Below, one piece after another: positions 48,496 through 52,547 of a DNA stretch of 52,547 nucleotides. The stretch's first letter is position 1, and every line of letters starts with the position of its first letter. The DNA lies in assembly GCA_029258735.1 (NCBI GenBank), contig JAPDKD010000002.1, forward strand, positions 1 to 52,547, written 5' to 3'. Position numbers and translations under genes: made by a program. Under the pieces are notes generated by a model, which did no database searches, was not told the DNA's origin, and worked only from the letters and a program-made list of their open reading frames with translations. This stretch comes from an archaeon. GTDB lineage: Archaea; Thermoproteota; Thermoprotei; Thermofilales; JAPDKD01.

Positions 48496-49200
48496 TTAAT
48501 GTCTAACGACTTTTTCGGCAACCGCGACTATCGGAGGGGTAAGCGACACTATAAAGGGAACCTCTGTGACGTAGGTCCAAAGAAACCACAACAACGCAGC
48601 AATAGCCGATAGATTAGACTCGCCGTTGGGCAACGTGAAGAACTGACTATAAGCATATACGCCTACCCCTATAATTGCCGACCCAACCAGCAAGCCTGTC
48701 GAGGCAGCGAAAACTATGCCAGCGGCGTTCTCTTTCATTGAAAAAATAGAGGTTATAACTACTGCTATAAACATGCCTGCGAGGAAAACAGCGGCTACTT
48801 CCCATGGAAGCCAAGCCATTCTCCAGCACACAATAGTTATTAATATGGCGCCTAGCTGCTCCAGTACTGCGGCAGCCCCCCATTTCCTTCCCCGTCTCTT
48901 ACTTAATAGACCCACCACGTAGAATCCCGCAAAATTTGCGGGAACGCCTACACTTAGACTTAGAAGGGCGTTGCCGTGTATCGCCATGTCGCTTATGAAT
49001 ATTCCTAGGGCTGCGCCTGTGCCGCCGACCCATGGACCGAAAACTATTGAAAATACTGCAGGCACAAATACGGAGGGCCAGAACCTAACGACGCCCACAA
49101 CCGGTGCGAATATTCCCAGATAGCTAGCGTATCCTATGACGGCATATAGCACGCCGCATATACTGGCGGCTGCTATTTCTAAGCTCCTTCTGGCCATCAC
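48496..49200 (-). CDS. ECF transporter S-component-like membrane protein
   Basis: About 7 TM, RFWP..FGPWVGG.GAALG.FISD. Confidence 0.7.
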   Translation of the reverse strand: MMARRSLEIAAASICGVLYAVIGYASYLGIFAPVVGVVRFWPSVFVPAVFSIVFGPWVGGTGAALGIFISDMAIHGNALLSLSVGVPANFAGFYVVGLLSKRRGRKWGAAAVLEQLGAILITIVCWRMAWLPWEVAAVFLAGMFIAVVITSIFSMKENAAGIVFAASTGLLVGSAIIGVGVYAYSQFFTLPNGESNLSAIAALLWFLWTYVTEVPFIVSLTPPIVAVAEKVVRH

Positions 49201-49350
49201 AACACCGAGTATATACGATGCAGATAGGATAAATTTATACTAATTTCTGCTTTAGAGGGACTGACATAAAATGCGAGAGTATTTTATTGTAACAGCTTAT
49301 TTTCAAGTTTAATTTTTAATGTTTAAGATCATTAAAAATCATTGAGAAAA

Positions 49351-50313
49351 ATGCTCGACGTTGTATGTATCGGCGAGATATTAGTGGACATGATTCCCTC
49401 AAAGCCAGGAAGCTACGTTGAGGTGCCATCTTTCCTTAAAAACTTTGGCGGGGCACCCTTCAACGTAGCTATTGGAGTCAGCAGACTAGGTAAAAAAGCT
49501 GGAGCAATAGCGGCAGTGGGCTCCGATCCCTTCGGAGAATTTTTAATCCATACACTTAAAGAAAACTCCGTAGACACATCTCAAATAGTAGTTAAAAAGG
49601 CCCGCACAACACTCGCATTCGTACAACTGGAACCATCTGGAGAAAGAAGCTTCTTCTTTTACAGAGAGCCTTGGGTATTAACTGCTGACACGTTGCTATC
49701 GCCTGAGGACGTCGACCCAAATTACGTCGCTCAGGCAAAGATACTGCATACCTCAGGTGTTGCCTTGACGAGCGAGCCCGAAAGAAGCGCGGTGTTTAAA
49801 GCAATAGAGGTAGCTAAAAAGCACGGCGTAATGTTCGCCTTTGACCCTAATTTGCGCCTAGACCTGTGGAGGGAAGAACAGAAGATGCTTGAAACCTATG
49901 AAAGGGCTTTCAAGGTGGCGGATATAATATTTTTAGCGAGGGAGGAAGCTGAATACTTTTTTGGGACGGCGGAGCCTAGAAGTCTTGCCAATCAAGTCTT
50001 GAATAAGTATTCTGAAGTAAAGTATATTGCGTTAAAATTAGGGGTGAAGGGAGCCTACGTGCGAGTCAGAGACGGGAGAGAAGCATACGAGCCTGCATTT
50101 AAGGTAAAAGTTGTGGATACTACGGGGGCAGGCGATGCCTGGGCGGCGGCATTTGAGGTCGCATTGCTGGAACGTGTGCCCCTAAAGAAGGCGATAAGAT
50201 TCGCGAATGCGGTGGCGGCGCTAAAGTGTACAGGTTATGGTGCAATATCTAACCTACCTACAAGGGAAAAAGCAGTAAGTTTCATGGAAAAATATGGAGA
50301 TAGCGTGGAGTAA
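49351..50313 (+). CDS. PfkB family carbohydrate kinase
   Basis: GEILVD, GGAPFNVA, FDPNLR, VDTTGAGDA. Confidence 0.95.
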   Translation: MLDVVCIGEILVDMIPSKPGSYVEVPSFLKNFGGAPFNVAIGVSRLGKKAGAIAAVGSDPFGEFLIHTLKENSVDTSQIVVKKARTTLAFVQLEPSGERSFFFYREPWVLTADTLLSPEDVDPNYVAQAKILHTSGVALTSEPERSAVFKAIEVAKKHGVMFAFDPNLRLDLWREEQKMLETYERAFKVADIIFLAREEAEYFFGTAEPRSLANQVLNKYSEVKYIALKLGVKGAYVRVRDGREAYEPAFKVKVVDTTGAGDAWAAAFEVALLERVPLKKAIRFANAVAALKCTGYGAISNLPTREKAVSFMEKYGDSVE

Positions 50314-50425
50314 AACAATTTTATTTACTACAAGGCAAAAATAAGGGAATAAAGTTTACTTAAGGTAAGTGAATATTTTTTAGATGGTAAAACGACGTGA
50401 TGAAGGGCGCGGCTGGAGGTTCGGT

Positions 50426-51565
50426 ATGAAAGTTTCGATAATAATTCCATCTTATGGCGGTGGCAGGCGCCTGCTACAGCTCGTAGATCATCTCATAAAT
50501 GATAATCATAATGAAAAAGAAGTTATAGTAGTTATAGATCAGCCGCGCCCCGAGATAGTAAAAGAGCTGCGAAAAAGACCCGTGAAGCTTATCCTGAGGG
50601 ATGAGAGAGGAGGAAAAGTCACAGCACTAAACGAAGCCATTAAACAAGCAACCGGAGACATGTTCATCTTCTTAGATGACGACGTCGTGCCGAACGGCAA
50701 CGGCTTCATACAGGGCATAGTAGAAAAGATGAACGGTTACCACGTGGCTGAGATTAGAAAAGTTATAATAGGAAAAAGCTTGCTTGCCCGAATGGTTCAC
50801 TACGACTATGTAGGCTATAACTACGGTAACTACTTGTTCTGGAAACACCTAAAGCGCTGCGTGGGGTTCAACGGTGCCGCTTTCGTTTTAACGCGAGAAG
50901 GAGTAAAACGTGTCGGCAGCTTCAAGCCAGCGGTTGCGGAGGACCTAGAATTCGGGCTAAGAACTTTTCTAGCAGGACTAGATTTCCGATACATAGTTAC
51001 TCCATATGTATATAACGACCCACCCCCCAGCTGGCGAGATTGGTTTAAACAAAGGGTACGCTGGGCTGTTGGAGCCGCACTATGGGTTAAAGGACACTGG
51101 CGAGTTCTCGCGCGTCTAATAATGCAAAACTTGGTCTTTGCAATGCTTATTCTCCTGTTTCTCCTACCCAGCCTCATAACCCTATCTGCAGCTCTCCTGG
51201 CCAACACTAACCTTATGGACAAGATCGCCCTACTAGTTCTACTTTCAATATCCTCCTTCCACCCAGGCTTCATACCTATAGCGGCCGCCCTTTCCTACAA
51301 GCTACTTTACGCGCTAATAAAAGCAGGCATCATTTCTGTCATCTCATACTTTGCGTACAGCATTTTCTATTATCAGGCATCAAAAAGGGTGAAGCTACGC
51401 TTTAACCCCATAGATTTCGCAATATTCTTCTTCGTGTACTCTCCGCTATGGTTTCTCATGCTTCTCTCAGGATTCATAAGGGTATTCGTTTTTAGGAGAA
51501 CCACGGTAAGCGACTGGGTAGTTCCGGAAGAAGACGAGGAAGAGTCAGAGAAACCAGTCCAATAG
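50426..51565 (+). CDS. GT2 glycosyltransferase with C-terminal TM helices
   Basis: SIIIPSY, GKVTALN, FLDDD, AEDLE, QRVRW. Confidence 0.92.
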   Translation: MKVSIIIPSYGGGRRLLQLVDHLINDNHNEKEVIVVIDQPRPEIVKELRKRPVKLILRDERGGKVTALNEAIKQATGDMFIFLDDDVVPNGNGFIQGIVEKMNGYHVAEIRKVIIGKSLLARMVHYDYVGYNYGNYLFWKHLKRCVGFNGAAFVLTREGVKRVGSFKPAVAEDLEFGLRTFLAGLDFRYIVTPYVYNDPPPSWRDWFKQRVRWAVGAALWVKGHWRVLARLIMQNLVFAMLILLFLLPSLITLSAALLANTNLMDKIALLVLLSISSFHPGFIPIAAALSYKLLYALIKAGIISVISYFAYSIFYYQASKRVKLRFNPIDFAIFFFVYSPLWFLMLLSGFIRVFVFRRTTVSDWVVPEEDEEESEKPVQ

Positions 51566-52396
51566 TTCTCTTGGCACAGAGCAACAGGCATCATATTTTC
51601 TTAACCCGTACTTAGTAATGGTGGATAAGTGCGGAACAGCTATCCTTTCAACCAAATTTTTTTCTATGGCGATAATGTCTAAAGAGTTCTTATAGCTTAC
51701 AGGTCTCATGCAGCCTAAGCTGAGTTCCCCCCCTAAAAGACGTCTAGCCTTATGCAGTATGTCAACCATAAGTTCTGTGCTGAGCAGCTTCTCTCTACCT
51801 AAAGCAGTGCCCTCTGTTGGAATAAAAACAAGAAAAACAGTAACATAAGGGTCATAGTCCTTTAAAAACTCTACTTCCTCCAATGTTAATTCAGTATTGA
51901 CGGTGGGCAGGCCTACAAGAATATGGGGCGCGACGTATGGTGGACCTCTTTCATATAAATATCTAAGCGATAAAACAAAATCTGTAGAATCCTTATCTTT
52001 AAGGTTCTTTAACCCCTTTATTGTGTAGGTGCTTAAAGTAAAGTCAAAATCTACTATGTCAACACCTACCTGTCTAAGATTTTCCGCACCCTTCTTATCC
52101 ACCAAGCCAGGGTGAATGCTAATCACAAAGTCATATTCTTTCTTTATTTCCCGTATAGTCTGTAGGAAAGGAGTAAAGGGTAGTTTGCCTTCGCGGGTGA
52201 AACCGCCGCTTATAAGAATGCCTCTTCCGCCTTGCTTGTAAAACTTTTCTGCAAACGCTTTCAGGTGATGCGGCGTGGGAGTATGCTCCATGCTTTTGAG
52301 ATATTTGCCCATGCAGTATTTACAGTTAAGCCAGCACGTTGAGCCCGTAATACTCACGGCGGCGAACTTTGAGCCAGGAATGAAGGCATCAACCAT
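51545..52396 (-). CDS. Radical SAM protein (biotin synthase-related)
   Basis: SITGSTCWLNCKYC, LISGG, PHILVG, LGCMRP. Confidence 0.9.
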   Translation of the reverse strand: MVDAFIPGSKFAAVSITGSTCWLNCKYCMGKYLKSMEHTPTPHHLKAFAEKFYKQGGRGILISGGFTREGKLPFTPFLQTIREIKKEYDFVISIHPGLVDKKGAENLRQVGVDIVDFDFTLSTYTIKGLKNLKDKDSTDFVLSLRYLYERGPPYVAPHILVGLPTVNTELTLEEVEFLKDYDPYVTVFLVFIPTEGTALGREKLLSTELMVDILHKARRLLGGELSLGCMRPVSYKNSLDIIAIEKNLVERIAVPHLSTITKYGLRKYDACCSVPRELLDWFL

Positions 52397-52411
52397 AGCT
52401 TATCTAGCCCT

Positions 52412-52546
52412 TTATAGCTCTATGAGCATTCCAGTGCTAGCATCAATGAAGGCTTGAGGCATTGCTTCCGCCATCATCATTCTAGCTGTAAATCCAGTGC
52501 AGTGAAGCGGAACTACGCGCTGGACATTCAGCTTGCATAATTCATC
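52412..52546 (-). CDS. MBL-fold metallo-hydrolase, C-terminal part
   Basis: Hand translation ...VQRVVPLHCTGF...STGMLIEL-stop; PxHCTG motif. Confidence 0.7.
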   Translation of the reverse strand, partial: DELCKLNVQRVVPLHCTGFTARMMMAEAMPQAFIDASTGMLIEL

Positions 52547-52547
52547 G

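Overview
52.5 kb of archaeal chromosome, most consistent with a Thermoproteota (Thermofilaceae-like) thermophile; this lineage call is inferred from gene content, TATA/GGTGA signals and tight gene packing. Contents in order: secreted/membrane genes; a GC-rich, internally deleted IS110-family element with a highly structured non-coding leader resembling a two-loop bridge RNA; a glycogen cluster (GH57, glgA, maltokinase); transporters; an operon of a multi-OB-fold protein, a TctA-like permease and an OB-containing YdjM hydrolase; a heterodimeric ABC exporter; a type IV pilus locus with regulatory neighbours; a metal-homeostasis cluster; elp3, a P-type ATPase and other housekeeping genes. A strong, gene-orientation-independent strand skew (A+C-rich then G+T-rich on the top strand) flips at the major pilin gene. 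Two small ORFs absent from the ORF track were found by hand. I saw no tRNA, rRNA or CRISPR array. All family calls are by motif recognition, not database search.
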